From Patescibacteria group bacterium (GTDB taxonomy: Bacteria > Patescibacteriota > Patescibacteriia > UBA9934 > GWF2-40-263): DNA of 64,000 nucleotides. Location of the stretch: positions 6,270 to 70,269 of the forward strand of contig SCUM01000002.1 of the NCBI GenBank assembly GCA_004297215.1, in the 5' to 3' direction. The notes below the pieces were generated by a model. The model had not been told where the DNA came from. It was given only the letters and a program-made list of their open reading frames with translations, and made no database searches. The position numbers and the translations under genes were made by a program. Positions 1 through 9,184 of this stretch are shown here, piece after piece. Every line of letters starts with the position of its first letter. Position 1 is the stretch's first letter.

Positions 1-74
1 GTCTGCATGATTTCCCCATGCATCTGCGACAGCTGCTCCTGCACGTCGCCGCCCTTCTCGATACGGGCCATATC

Positions 75-476
75 CTATCGCAGCCAAGGAGCGCCCGCGC
101 GCGCGGCCTCAAGCGCCTTCGTCCCGCGTTCGAGCGCGCCGGGGGCGCCGCGCAGCCCCTGTGCCATTTGGTTCAACGCCGTGGCGACGGCGAGATGGAG
201 GCCGCGCTCCTCGCCCGGCACCGTGAGCGCGAGCAGCGAAGCAAGCGCCTGCTCCACGGCCGCGAGCTTGGCGAGATCGGAAGAGGAGGTCGCATACGCG
301 CCGTCAAACCCGTCCAGGACGCCCTTCACGGAAGCGCGATAGGATTCGGACGAAACCGCGGCGGGAGCGGGGCTCGGAGGGGTCGGCCGCGGATACAACG
401 AAAAGGAGACGGTCAATCCCAAGGCAAGGGTCAGGATGGCCACCACGGCGGGAAACCAGCTCCGATGGTGAAACAT
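75..476 (-). CDS. Hypothetical protein with N-terminal TM/signal anchor and Pro-rich linker
   Basis: 133-aa ORF directly downstream of the AI-2E gene; hydrophobic N-terminus then PRPTPPSPAP. Confidence 0.7.
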   Translation of the reverse strand: MFHHRSWFPAVVAILTLALGLTVSFSLYPRPTPPSPAPAAVSSESYRASVKGVLDGFDGAYATSSSDLAKLAAVEQALASLLALTVPGEERGLHLAVATALNQMAQGLRGAPGALERGTKALEAARAGAPWLR

Positions 477-482
477 ACTCGA

Positions 483-1520
483 TCAGGCGCGTTGCGCGAA
501 CAGGTCCTCGAGCACCACGCTCGCCATGGTGGCCACGGGAATGGACAGGAGCGCGCCCACGAACCCGCCGAGCTTCATGCCGATGAGCAGCGCGACGATG
601 CTGAACACCGGATTGAGCCCGGTAGCCTTCTGCATCACCTTGGGCACCAGGATGTTGTTTTCCACCTGCTGGACGACGAGGTAGAGCGCCACCACCATGA
701 GGCCCTGCACGGGGTCATGCGCGAACCCGACGAGCGCCGCCGGCGCGAGCGAGAGTACGGGCCCCACATACGGCACCATCTCGAACAGGGCGGCGATCAG
801 GCCGAGCAGGAGCGCGTTTTCCACGCCGATCACGGACAGGCCGATGAAGATGGCCGTCCCGACGATGAGGCCGAGCAGGAGCTGTCCGCGCAGCCATGAG
901 CCGATGCGGTGCTGCATCTTGGTGAACAGCGCCGTAAGGTAGGGCTGGTATTCCACCGGGGCCAGGTCCTTGAAGTAGCGCTTGGCCACGTCCTCCTCGA
1001 TGACCATGTAGGACGCGAGGACGAGCACGAGGAACAGCGCCGCGACCCCGCCGATCACCCCGCGCAAGGTGGAGAAGATCCCCGCCACGCTCCCGGCCAC
1101 CGCCTGCTGCACCGATTCCAGGCCGGAGCGGAGGTTGTCGGTGAGACCGTAGTGGGTGGAAAGCGCCTTCAGCTCGGCAAACGAGGAGGTGAGGCCGGAA
1201 GAGGCCTCGGTGAGGTTGTTGATGAGGGTCGTCGACTGGGCGATGACCACGGGGATGAGCAGCACCGCGGCCATGGAAAGCACCCCGCCGAACACGAGGT
1301 AGATGGCGATCACGCCAAGGCCGCGCGGGACGTGATGCCTGGAGCACCAGTCCGCGAACGGCTCGATGAGGGCCGCGAGCAGGACGGCCACGCACAGGAT
1401 CGCCAGCACGTCGCGGATGAACCAGATGAATCCGAGCGCGAGCACCACGAGCACGGCCTTGACGAACGTGGAGGTTGAAACGGTGATCTGGTGCGGAGCA
1501 TCGCTCATGCGTGGAGGCAT
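483..1520 (-). CDS. AI-2E family (PerM/UPF0118) transporter
   Basis: Multi-TM 345 aa; family motifs WLRGQL, PYVGP, QQVENNILVPKVM, LNP, GALLSIP. Confidence 0.9.
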   Translation of the reverse strand: MPPRMSDAPHQITVSTSTFVKAVLVVLALGFIWFIRDVLAILCVAVLLAALIEPFADWCSRHHVPRGLGVIAIYLVFGGVLSMAAVLLIPVVIAQSTTLINNLTEASSGLTSSFAELKALSTHYGLTDNLRSGLESVQQAVAGSVAGIFSTLRGVIGGVAALFLVLVLASYMVIEEDVAKRYFKDLAPVEYQPYLTALFTKMQHRIGSWLRGQLLLGLIVGTAIFIGLSVIGVENALLLGLIAALFEMVPYVGPVLSLAPAALVGFAHDPVQGLMVVALYLVVQQVENNILVPKVMQKATGLNPVFSIVALLIGMKLGGFVGALLSIPVATMASVVLEDLFAQRA

Positions 1521-1608
1521 AGTGAAGGCAGTATATCAAAATTTCCCAGCCTATGCAGCTGAGGATCATTGGCACAGCCATGAGCGGTTGTCTATCACCT
1601 GACTCATG

Positions 1609-1629
1609 GCCCTTCAACAAGCTCAGGGC
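1609..1629. repeat. Short REP-like element (CCTTC(A/G)ACA(A/G)GCTCAGG family)
   Basis: Near-identical to copies at 45644-45664 and, reverse complemented, 51238-51261. Confidence 0.6.
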
Positions 1630-1670
1630 ATTCGACTACCTCCATAGAGACAGATGGAGGTAGTCGAATG
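1629..1670 (-). terminator. Perfect 17-bp hairpin right after the tmRNA 3' end
   Basis: CATTCGACTACCTCCAT-N8-ATGGAGGTAGTCGAATG; no clear U-tract. Confidence 0.55.
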
Positions 1671-2069
1671 GTGGAGTCGGGGGGAATCGAACCCCCGTCT
1701 GGTAAGGCCTCCCGTCCCGGGGATCCAAGCTCAGTCCCGTTGGTTGCGCGACGACGGTGAAGACGGGACGAAACCCGTCATCGCGTGCCGCAGGCCAGTG
1801 TCGGATGGGAGACGGCGGCGCCCTCCCAAACCAAGCCCGAAGATATGACACCCGCAATGCCCCCTACGGGCGCAGAGGCGGCGGATGGGTCACGGCGTAT
1901 TAGGCGGTGACCAAAGAAAGCGTCGGAACCGTGAACGCCGAAGCGATCAGGTTCTTGGCCTTCGAGAAGAGATTGGCGGTTGACTTCTCCGTGCCAGGGA
2001 TTTACGAGGCCCGGCACCGCCTCGGCTTGCTCCGTGCGAAAGGATCTCCCATCGATACCGGTCGACCCC
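1669..2069 (-). ncRNA. ssrA: tmRNA (one-piece)
   Basis: 5' GGGGUCG pairs with 3' CGACUCC-ACCA including G3-U70; T-arm GGUUCGAUUCC; internal tag ORF 1900-1977; adjacent to smpB. Confidence 0.93.
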
Positions 2070-2513
2070 TCATTCCTTCATCCTCTCCCGCAGCTCGCGG
2101 TTCACCTCCCGCTTCTTGATCGCGTCGCGCTTCTCGAAACGCTTCTTGCCGCGTGCGAGGGCAAACCCGAGCTTGAGGAAGGACCCGCGAGTATAGAGCG
2201 AAATCGGCACCAACGTCAACCCGTCCGCATGCGTCTTTGCCGCGAGTCGTGCGAGCTCGCGTTTCTTGACCAGTACCTTGCGGTCGCGCCCGGGATCATG
2301 CGTCTCCTTGTCGGCGGCCGGCGCATAGGGAGAGATGAACAGGTTCTTGAGCCACAGCTCCCCACGGAACACGTGGAGGAAGGCCCCTTTGAACTGCACA
2401 TGGCCCGCGCGCACCGACTTCACTTCGGCGCCCGTGAGCTTCAACCCGCCCTCCAAAGTCTCAAGGAGGTCGTAGTCGAATCCGGCCCGTTTGTTGAAGG
2501 CGAGCGTGGGCAT
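2070..2513 (-). CDS. smpB: SsrA-binding protein SmpB
   Basis: NKRAGFDY, GLKLTGAEVKS, LARGKK..EKRDAIKKRE motifs. Confidence 0.97.
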   Translation of the reverse strand: MPTLAFNKRAGFDYDLLETLEGGLKLTGAEVKSVRAGHVQFKGAFLHVFRGELWLKNLFISPYAPAADKETHDPGRDRKVLVKKRELARLAAKTHADGLTLVPISLYTRGSFLKLGFALARGKKRFEKRDAIKKREVNRELRERMKE

Positions 2514-2577
2514 GCGCCGGCAGCATACCGTTCCCCCTTGATATTTTCCATATCTAGGCTAAGATTCGGTTCAACCT

Positions 2578-3129
2578 ATGCGCATCCACAGGCATCGCCA
2601 GCGAAAACCGAAGTTCGAGGTCCCGGTGTACCGGGCGAACGAAGCCATCCTGGCTCCGGAGGTTCGCGTGGTGGACGAGAACGACCGGCCCGTGGGCGTC
2701 CTCACCACCGCGGCGGCGATCGCGCTCGCCCGCTCGAAGGAGCTCGACCTCGTGGAGGTGTCCCCCAAGGCCGAGCCGCCGGTGTGCCGCATCCTGGATT
2801 ACGGGCAATTCAAATACCAAAAGGAAAAAGAGGCTCGCAAGCAGAAGGCGCAGTCGAAGGAAGTGGAGGTGAAAGGCGTACGTCTCTCCCTGCGCATCGG
2901 CGAGCATGACCTCGAGACGCGCCATCAGCAGGCCAAGTCGTTCCTCGAGGACGGCGACAAGGTGAAGATCGAGATCATCCTGCGCGGGCGCGAAAAGGGC
3001 CACCAGGAGTTTGCCCGCGAGGTGGTGAAGAAGTTCATGGAAATCCTCAAGACCGACTTTCCCATCCGCGTGGAACAGGAGATCACCTACCTGCAAGGAC
3101 GCCTCACGGCCATCGTGGGCCGCGTCTGA
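2578..3129 (+). CDS. infC: Translation initiation factor IF-3
   Basis: NEAI..EVRVVD, DLVEVSPKAEPPVCRILDYG, GDKVKIEIILRGRE. Confidence 0.97.
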   Translation: MRIHRHRQRKPKFEVPVYRANEAILAPEVRVVDENDRPVGVLTTAAAIALARSKELDLVEVSPKAEPPVCRILDYGQFKYQKEKEARKQKAQSKEVEVKGVRLSLRIGEHDLETRHQQAKSFLEDGDKVKIEIILRGREKGHQEFAREVVKKFMEILKTDFPIRVEQEITYLQGRLTAIVGRV

Positions 3130-3133
3130 CCGC

Positions 3134-3162
3134 TTGACGGATAGGGACCTTTTCCGTAGACT
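3134..3162 (+). promoter_or_regulatory. Putative sigma70 promoter for rpmI-rplT
   Basis: TTGACG-N17-TAGACT. Confidence 0.55.
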
Positions 3163-3210
3163 CCCCCCATTCGCCGTTTCGTAGCCATTCGTAGGTTCGT
3201 AACACATTTT

Positions 3211-3408
3211 ATGAAGCTCAAGACCCACAAGTCCCTGTCCAAGCGCGTCTGGCGCACCAAGACCGGCAAGGTGATGAAGCGCTTTTGCGGCCAGGGCCAT
3301 TTCAACAGCCGCGACACCGGCAAGATGACCCGCAAGAAGCGTCGCGACACGGAACTTTCCGGCGTCAACCACAAGGCGATCGACGCGCTGCTCCCGTACT
3401 CCAAGTAA
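3211..3408 (+). CDS. rpmI: 50S ribosomal protein bL35
   Basis: MKLKTHKSLSKR..TKTGK; infC-rpmI-rplT synteny. Confidence 0.93.
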   Translation: MKLKTHKSLSKRVWRTKTGKVMKRFCGQGHFNSRDTGKMTRKKRRDTELSGVNHKAIDALLPYSK

Positions 3409-3411
3409 CCT

Positions 3412-3759
3412 ATGCCTCGCGTCAAACGCGGAACGCACCACGTAAAGCGCCGCCGCAACATCCTCAAGAAGACCAAGGGGATGAAGTGGGGGCGCAAGAG
3501 CAAGCTCAAGCTGGCCATCACGGCCGAGCTTAAGGCCGGCAAGTACGCCTACCGCGACCGCCGCACCAAGAAGCGCGACTTCCGCCGCCTGTGGACCGTG
3601 CGCCTGAACGCGGCCCTTCGCCCGCACGGGGTTTCCTACAGCCGCTTCATCGACGATCTCAAGAAAGCCGACGTGGAGCTCGACCGCAAGGTGCTCTCGA
3701 GCCTCGCCAAGGACCATCCGGCCGTGTTCGAAGCGATCCTGAAGACCGTCCACGCCTAA
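3412..3759 (+). CDS. rplT: 50S ribosomal protein bL20
   Basis: MPRVKRG, YAYRDRR.KKRDFRRLW, SYSRFI, LDRKVL. Confidence 0.97.
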   Translation: MPRVKRGTHHVKRRRNILKKTKGMKWGRKSKLKLAITAELKAGKYAYRDRRTKKRDFRRLWTVRLNAALRPHGVSYSRFIDDLKKADVELDRKVLSSLAKDHPAVFEAILKTVHA

Positions 3760-3770
3760 GCGAACCATCC

Positions 3771-3798
3771 GAAAACGCCCTGAAACGGGCGTTTTCTT
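3771..3798 (+). terminator. Rho-independent terminator after rplT
   Basis: GAAAACGCCC-TGAAAC-GGGCGTTTTC-TT. Confidence 0.75.
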
Positions 3799-3810
3799 GT
3801 GGGTAACATA

Positions 3811-3882
3811 GCCCCCGACGCCCTCCGGGGTCGGGGCTCCGACCTCCGCCTTTTAGAGAACGTCGGTGGCGGAGCGTCGGAG
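3811..3882. repeat. Double-hairpin REP-like element (CCCCGAC..GTCGGGG / TCCGAC..GTCGGA)
   Basis: Same architecture as the element at 45885-45943 (opposite strand). Confidence 0.6.
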
Positions 3883-3911
3883 TTGACAAACGGCCTTTTT
3901 TGTGCCAAGAT
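3883..3911 (+). promoter_or_regulatory. Putative sigma70 promoter
   Basis: TTGACA-N17-CAAGAT upstream of the 822-aa ORF. Confidence 0.45.
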
Positions 3912-4010
3912 TTGCCGTTCGCTGGGATTCTCCCTGCGATCGCCATTTCGTGAGGCGCGCAAGCGCCGCTTCACAATCCAAAAACCCATGATGACCGAAA
4001 GGAGGTCAGG

Positions 4011-6479
4011 ATGAAGCCGAAGGAGATGAAGCCCGAGACGTCGTTTCTCATCAATCGTTCGGAACCCGGCCTCATGTTGGTCGTGGTCCACCCGAGGACC
4101 GAGACTCACGTCCTCATGAAGCTGATCGTTCATCCCGGGATGCCCCCGCTCACCATCAAGCTGAGCAAGGCCGAGCATGTGCGGGACCTGTTCAACAAGT
4201 CCTCATGGCCCGGACCGAACGTGGACTTCCGCGGTTCGCTCAGTCGGAACCTGGCCGTCGTCAAGGCGACCGCCTTGTACGAACCCACCCCGTGGGGAGA
4301 CCGGGAAATCCAAGTGGCGGGATTCGTCGTCACGCATGCGTACGATCGCCCCTTCCCTCGCCCGGAGCTCGTGATGCTCAATTGCGTCATCGAGACGATC
4401 GAGAAGGAAGACGTGACGGGCGAAATCTCGATGGAAATCGACAAGAACACCCTCTGGCGGCAAAGTCCTCCATTGGGGGAACCGCTGTCGAATCGACGCG
4501 TCGCGGCCGTCTATAGCCTGTTGCTGGAAGATCCGGGAACGGCGTTCACGGAAGTGCCACCAAGCAAGCGGAAACCTGCCGTGACCACGACACAAGAAAC
4601 GAACCCCCCTCCCGCTCAACCCCCAACCCCCAACCCCACACCCCCTGAAGGAGGTGAAGCCATGACGAAGAACGAAAGCCTGCTCATGCTGGAATTCGCC
4701 CTCACCGCTGAACGGTCCGAAAAGGACGGGATCCGATATCGGGGGGTGGAGTTCTATCTCGTCGCCATGGGAGGAGTAGTGCCCAAAGGGCTCAAGTACG
4801 TCCTCAAGCGGGATGAGAGGCCGCCGCTTGACCCGAAGCCGTTCGAAGATGAAGGCGACACGTCCGTCGGCAGGTGCTGGATTCCCGTCGCCGAGACGAA
4901 GCTCACGATCAGCTCGCCGGACGGGTCGTTCAAAGAGGAGTCGAAGACCTTCCCGGCCGAAAACCTGCAGGCCACCACCGACGTGAGCGCCGCTCCGGCG
5001 GAACTCGCGGAAATCACGGACCTCGAGGTCAACGACGACGCCGTGTTCGAAGAGATGTCCGCGGCGCAAGAGGGCATCGAGGCGATCGTCAACAGTATCA
5101 AGATCGAGCCCGAAGTGCTCGAACCCGAAACTCCCGTCGAACGAAAGGTGAGGGAGGAGACGGCCCGACTCAAGGCCCTGGGGGACTTGAGCTTGGACTC
5201 CCCGATGCCTCCACCGGCCGCGCCGGACAGCAGCCCGATCGCGGGACTGTTCGACGGCGTTTCTCCGATGGCCGATCCCCCGCACACGCCGGCGATGGGG
5301 GTAGAAGCCGTGGAATCCCTGCGGCGAGCCAGCACGGAAGGCGCTCCGACCAAGAAGCCGCGCACCTGGGCGACGAAGCCGCCTGAGGCCGGACTGCAAC
5401 CAACCACTGCCTCCGTCTCGACGGCGGCCACGATGACGGAGGAAGAAATGGCAGCGATCGAAGAAGCGAAGAAGGCGGAAGAGGCGGCGAAGGCCGAGGC
5501 CCTGGCCAACCAGAAGAAGGCCGAGGCCCTGCAGGCCGAGCTCGTGGCAGCGAAGGCCGCGGCAGAGCAGGCGGCGAAGGAGAAGACCGACCTGGCGCAG
5601 GCGGCCGAAACGGCGCAGGCTCGCATCAAGGAGCTCGCCGATGCCGCCAACGCGCAAGAGCAGGCGCTCAAGGACCATCTCGAGGATGCCCGAAAGGCGG
5701 CGCGCGAAGCCGGCAAGCGGGCGGAGAAGGAGGCGCAGAGGGCGGACTTCGAGGAGAACCAGGCGCAGGCGGCCCGCAAGGCCCAGGTCGAAGCCGAAGC
5801 CGCTCGCCATGCGGCCGAGGAAGAGGCCCGCAAGGCGAAGGAGACGACCCAGGTCGTCGGCAGGCGGGACAAGGCCCCGGCTGAGGGCGACGGCGATCCG
5901 GCGGCGGCGAAGAACGGCAACGGCGGCCGGCGCTTGACGGACAACAGGCTGTGGGCCCTCGTCACGGCCAACGACCGCCTGAAGAACGCCGCGATCGCGC
6001 TGCTGGTGCTCGCGCTCGTCATCGGTCTCGGGTACAACTGGCGCTCGGCCAAGCAGGAGGCCGAGGTCGCGCAGCAGAAGGCGGAGCAGCAAAAGCTCGC
6101 CCTCGAGAAGGAGATGGAGGAGCGCGAGAAGGCGGCGGTTCCGGTGCTTGCGCCGGAATGCGAGCCGATGCTCAACGGAGACGGGACGGCCGCGATCGGC
6201 GTCGTCATGACGAAGCCGGACGGGACCGTGGTCGTCGTCGAGCCGGACCGGGCGGAACGCGACAAGGGGAAGGCCGACTTCAAGTTCGAGATGAGGCCGC
6301 TGGTCCTCATCCCCCTCGACCGCATGACCCACAGGGGCACCGATCATGTGGATGCGGATCGGATCAAGGTCACGCACCAGACGGGCGCCGGCACGTTCGT
6401 GGGCATGAACGGCACTTCGGCCGCGAAAGCGACCGTGGCCAACGTGTCCTGCGACAACAAAGTCAGGATCGACGGATAG
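4011..6479 (+). CDS. Hypothetical protein: Pro-rich/acidic disordered region, TolA-like Ala/Glu/Lys coiled coil, single TM, small outer C-terminal domain
   Basis: 822-aa ORF, strong SD (AAAGGAGGT) before ATG, TM AAIALLVLALVIGLGY, terminator downstream. Confidence 0.8.
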   Translation: MKPKEMKPETSFLINRSEPGLMLVVVHPRTETHVLMKLIVHPGMPPLTIKLSKAEHVRDLFNKSSWPGPNVDFRGSLSRNLAVVKATALYEPTPWGDREIQVAGFVVTHAYDRPFPRPELVMLNCVIETIEKEDVTGEISMEIDKNTLWRQSPPLGEPLSNRRVAAVYSLLLEDPGTAFTEVPPSKRKPAVTTTQETNPPPAQPPTPNPTPPEGGEAMTKNESLLMLEFALTAERSEKDGIRYRGVEFYLVAMGGVVPKGLKYVLKRDERPPLDPKPFEDEGDTSVGRCWIPVAETKLTISSPDGSFKEESKTFPAENLQATTDVSAAPAELAEITDLEVNDDAVFEEMSAAQEGIEAIVNSIKIEPEVLEPETPVERKVREETARLKALGDLSLDSPMPPPAAPDSSPIAGLFDGVSPMADPPHTPAMGVEAVESLRRASTEGAPTKKPRTWATKPPEAGLQPTTASVSTAATMTEEEMAAIEEAKKAEEAAKAEALANQKKAEALQAELVAAKAAAEQAAKEKTDLAQAAETAQARIKELADAANAQEQALKDHLEDARKAAREAGKRAEKEAQRADFEENQAQAARKAQVEAEAARHAAEEEARKAKETTQVVGRRDKAPAEGDGDPAAAKNGNGGRRLTDNRLWALVTANDRLKNAAIALLVLALVIGLGYNWRSAKQEAEVAQQKAEQQKLALEKEMEEREKAAVPVLAPECEPMLNGDGTAAIGVVMTKPDGTVVVVEPDRAERDKGKADFKFEMRPLVLIPLDRMTHRGTDHVDADRIKVTHQTGAGTFVGMNGTSAAKATVANVSCDNKVRIDG

Positions 6480-6502
6480 CGCGATACGCGCGCTACCGAC
6501 AG

Positions 6503-6533
6503 GTCGCCAGAGATCTCTCTGGCGACTTTTTTA
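6503..6533 (+). terminator. Rho-independent terminator
   Basis: GTCGCCAGAGA-TC-TCTCTGGCGAC-TTTTTT. Confidence 0.8.
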
Positions 6534-6569
6534 TTCCGCCAAGGCCCCGAGGCGCATCCTGGGTCAGGG

Positions 6570-6598
6570 TTGACGAAACCGCGTTTTCGTGCTACCTT
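6570..6598 (+). promoter_or_regulatory. Putative sigma70 promoter
   Basis: TTGACG-N17-TACCTT with TG extension. Confidence 0.5.
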
Positions 6599-6648
6599 AT
6601 GCGGTCTTACGAGGAGAGAGAAACTCGTAAGCGCAAGGAGGTGGTTCG

Positions 6649-7380
6649 ATGGATTCCGATCCTTCCCGTGTCCGCCAGGTAGACCTCGATGCGGCCGTCG
6701 AGGAGATGGGGCAAGCCGTCACCGGGTTGAGGCGCGACCTCAACGAGGTCCTGAAACGGCTCCAGCTCGCGTGTTACGACACCGATGACCGCACCAGGCA
6801 CATGTGGCGGGACCTCACGGGGTTCGCCGCGTTCGTCGGGGAGATGGACGCGCGAAGGCGCGACGGCCACAGCGAGGTCCGCGACGCGATCGACCGGCGG
6901 CCGACGACGGAGGCGATGGAGGAGATGCTCCGCAACGAGCTGTTCGAGGTGCATCTGCGGTGCGACAAGCAGCAGCGCCAGCTCGAGACGCTGCAGACGA
7001 TGCTTGCCGACGCCATCGCGCACGCCCAGGCGGTCCGCCCTGAGATCCCGGTCGATGACGACATCATCGTCGAGACCCTGACGGCGAAGCCGAAGGAGTC
7101 GCGGGAGGACGAGCCGATCCCGCTCCCCGGCCCGACCCGACGGATCATCATGGCGACCCCGAAGCCCGTGATTCCCGCCCATGTCCCGGCCCCCGCGGCG
7201 AAGGACGCAGGGTTCGACGACGCGCGCATCGGCAGGCGGCGCATCGGACGCGTGGCGAACGCGCCGATGTGGGCCGCGATGATGTGCATCCTGTGCGCGA
7301 TGCTCGCGGCCGCGCCCGCAAGCGCCCCGCCGATCGAAGCGACCGCGCAGATGCAGGACGAGATGACGCTCCTGCCCTGA
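6649..7380 (+). CDS. Hypothetical coiled-coil protein with C-terminal hydrophobic segment
   Basis: 243 aa, SD AAGGAGGT, flanked by promoter and terminator. Confidence 0.75.
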   Translation: MDSDPSRVRQVDLDAAVEEMGQAVTGLRRDLNEVLKRLQLACYDTDDRTRHMWRDLTGFAAFVGEMDARRRDGHSEVRDAIDRRPTTEAMEEMLRNELFEVHLRCDKQQRQLETLQTMLADAIAHAQAVRPEIPVDDDIIVETLTAKPKESREDEPIPLPGPTRRIIMATPKPVIPAHVPAPAAKDAGFDDARIGRRRIGRVANAPMWAAMMCILCAMLAAAPASAPPIEATAQMQDEMTLLP

Positions 7381-7411
7381 GAAGGCCCTTCATCACTGAG
7401 GCTCTTCAGAT

Positions 7412-7440
7412 GACCTCGATGACGCGTCGAGGTCTTTTTT
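7412..7440 (+). terminator. Rho-independent terminator
   Basis: GACCTCGA-TGACGCG-TCGAGGTC-TTTTTT. Confidence 0.75.
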
Positions 7441-7505
7441 ATCCGGAAATCCCCCCTTGCCCGTCCAGGCGACCCATGCTAAGCTCTCGGCACGAAATCC
7501 ACCGA

Positions 7506-7583
7506 GGACCGGTGGTGTAGCCCGGTTAACACGTCTCCCTGTCACGGAGAAGATCGAGGGTTCGAATCCCTTCCGGTCCGCCA
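7506..7583 (+). tRNA. tRNA-Asp(GTC)
   Basis: GGACCGG..CCGGTCC-G-CCA acceptor stem, anticodon loop CT-GTC-AC, GGTTCGAATCC. Confidence 0.95.
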
Positions 7584-7584
7584 G

Positions 7585-7612
7585 AAAAAGGCCCAGCATG
7601 CTGGGCCTTTTT
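7585..7612. terminator. Bidirectional terminator between tRNA-Asp and pyk
   Basis: AAAAAGGCCCAG-CATG-CTGGGCCTTTTT. Confidence 0.8.
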
Positions 7613-7620
7613 CTTTTGGT

Positions 7621-9024
7621 TCACGTCACCTTCACGAGGTCGTATCCCGCCCCGTGGACGCCGCCCGATACCAGGGCGACGCGATCCCCTTTCCTGATGC
7701 GCTTGGCCGCCTTCAGCGCCTTGAGCGCGCGCGCGGCGAAGGTCTTCCCCGAGCCCGCCTTCAGGACGAACGGGCGCACGCCCCACCGGAGATTCGCCTG
7801 CCTGGCGAGCGCGTCGCTGGGGACCGCCAGATGGAGCGGGACCTGCGCCCGCGCGCCCAAGAGCCGTTCGGCGTCCCGGAAGAGTTCCACGCTCGAAAGC
7901 ACGGCGTCGATGCGACGGCCGACGGCGGCGTCGGCGAGCGCATGCGTGAGCGGGGGGTCGAAATCGGTGCCGGGCTGGTCCTCGTGGCGCACGTCGTCGA
8001 ACCGCGAGGCTTCCGCCTCCGTGGCGATCGCCTGCATGGCCGCGACCGCCTCACGCGGATACTTGCCCGTGGCCGACTCGCCGGAAAGCATCACGGCATC
8101 GGCATGGTCGCATACGGCGTTCGCCACGTCGCTCGCCTCGGCGCGGGTGGGCCGCGGGTTGCGGATCATGCTGTCGAGCATCTGGGTGGCGACGATGACC
8201 GGCTTGCCTGCCGCGCGGCAGGCCTCGATGATCTCCTTTTGGCGGACCGGCACTTCGGCGGCGGGAATTTCCACCCCGAGGTCGCCGCGCGCCACCATCA
8301 CCGCGTCCGTTTCCGCGAGGATCTCCGCGAATCGGCGCACGGCCTCGTGTTTTTCGATCTTCACCACGATGCGGGGGGGCGTTTTCCCTTTCGGGAGCGC
8401 TTTCGCGATAAGGGAACGCAGCGTCCGCACGTCCTTCGGGTCGGTGACGAACGAGAGGGCGACGAATTCCACGCCGGCCTTCACGGCGAAAGCGAGGTCT
8501 TCCTTGTCCTTGTCCGTGATTGGCGACACGCGCAGGGTGGAATCCGGGAAATTCATCCCCTTGTGCGAGGTGACCCTCCCGCCGTTCACCACGGAGGCGG
8601 TGAGGACGCGCCCGGAGACGCCCGTGACCTTCACCTCGATGAGCCCGTCGTCGATGAGCAGGCGCGCGCCGGCCTTCACGTCCTTATGCAACCCCTTGTA
8701 CGTGACCGGGAGCGGGCCGCCGGCGCGGTACGCGTCGACGGCCGTGGAAAACCGGACGCGGCTCTTCGCCTTGAGCTCCACTCCGGCCTCGGGGAGCACG
8801 CCCAGGCGGATCTTGGGCCCTTGCAGGTCGGCAAGCGCCGCGACGGGCAGGCCGACCTCGCGCGCCGCTTCCCGGATCATCGCGAGATAGGCGCGATGGC
8901 TCGCGTGCGTGCCATGCGACAGGTTGAGGCGGGCCACGGCCATGCCGCCCTTCATCATGGAGCGGAGGATGGCGGGCTTGGCGCTCGAGGGCCCGATGGT
9001 GCAGACGATCTTGGTGCGGGACAT
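7621..9024 (-). CDS. pyk: Pyruvate kinase
   Basis: RTKIVCTIGP, ARLNLSHG, DLQGPKIR, KIE, MVARGDLG, ATQMLDSM..PRPTRAE, MLSGESA; start re-placed at 9024. Confidence 0.97.
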   Translation of the reverse strand: MSRTKIVCTIGPSSAKPAILRSMMKGGMAVARLNLSHGTHASHRAYLAMIREAAREVGLPVAALADLQGPKIRLGVLPEAGVELKAKSRVRFSTAVDAYRAGGPLPVTYKGLHKDVKAGARLLIDDGLIEVKVTGVSGRVLTASVVNGGRVTSHKGMNFPDSTLRVSPITDKDKEDLAFAVKAGVEFVALSFVTDPKDVRTLRSLIAKALPKGKTPPRIVVKIEKHEAVRRFAEILAETDAVMVARGDLGVEIPAAEVPVRQKEIIEACRAAGKPVIVATQMLDSMIRNPRPTRAEASDVANAVCDHADAVMLSGESATGKYPREAVAAMQAIATEAEASRFDDVRHEDQPGTDFDPPLTHALADAAVGRRIDAVLSSVELFRDAERLLGARAQVPLHLAVPSDALARQANLRWGVRPFVLKAGSGKTFAARALKALKAAKRIRKGDRVALVSGGVHGAGYDLVKVT

Positions 9025-9043
9025 GTGGGGATAGTGTAGAGGA

Positions 9044-9176
9044 AAAACTTGAAACGTGAAAACTTGAAGGGCCAAAGGAGACGTGAAAGGACGAAGGATG
9101 AAAGACGAAGTTTTAACCTTCGTCCTTCAGGGTTTCGAAACCCTTTGGTCCTTCAAGTTTTGGTTCTTCAAGTTTT
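9044..9176. repeat. ~135-bp palindromic element with doubled AAAACTTGAA / TTCAAGTTTT ends (MITE/REP-like)
   Basis: Terminal inverted tandem 10-mers; second copy at 41028-41165. Confidence 0.7.
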
Positions 9177-9184
9177 CGTCCACC

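Noticed and set aside
1669-1700. tRNA-like 3' end as a separate tRNA or prophage att site
   Set aside because: It pairs with the 5' GGGGUCG at 2069-2063 and is the tmRNA acceptor/T arm
3163-3210. L20 leader riboregulator upstream of rpmI
   Set aside because: Sequence looks like a half copy of the TTCGTA repeat at 57551-57627; no convincing L20-leader structure
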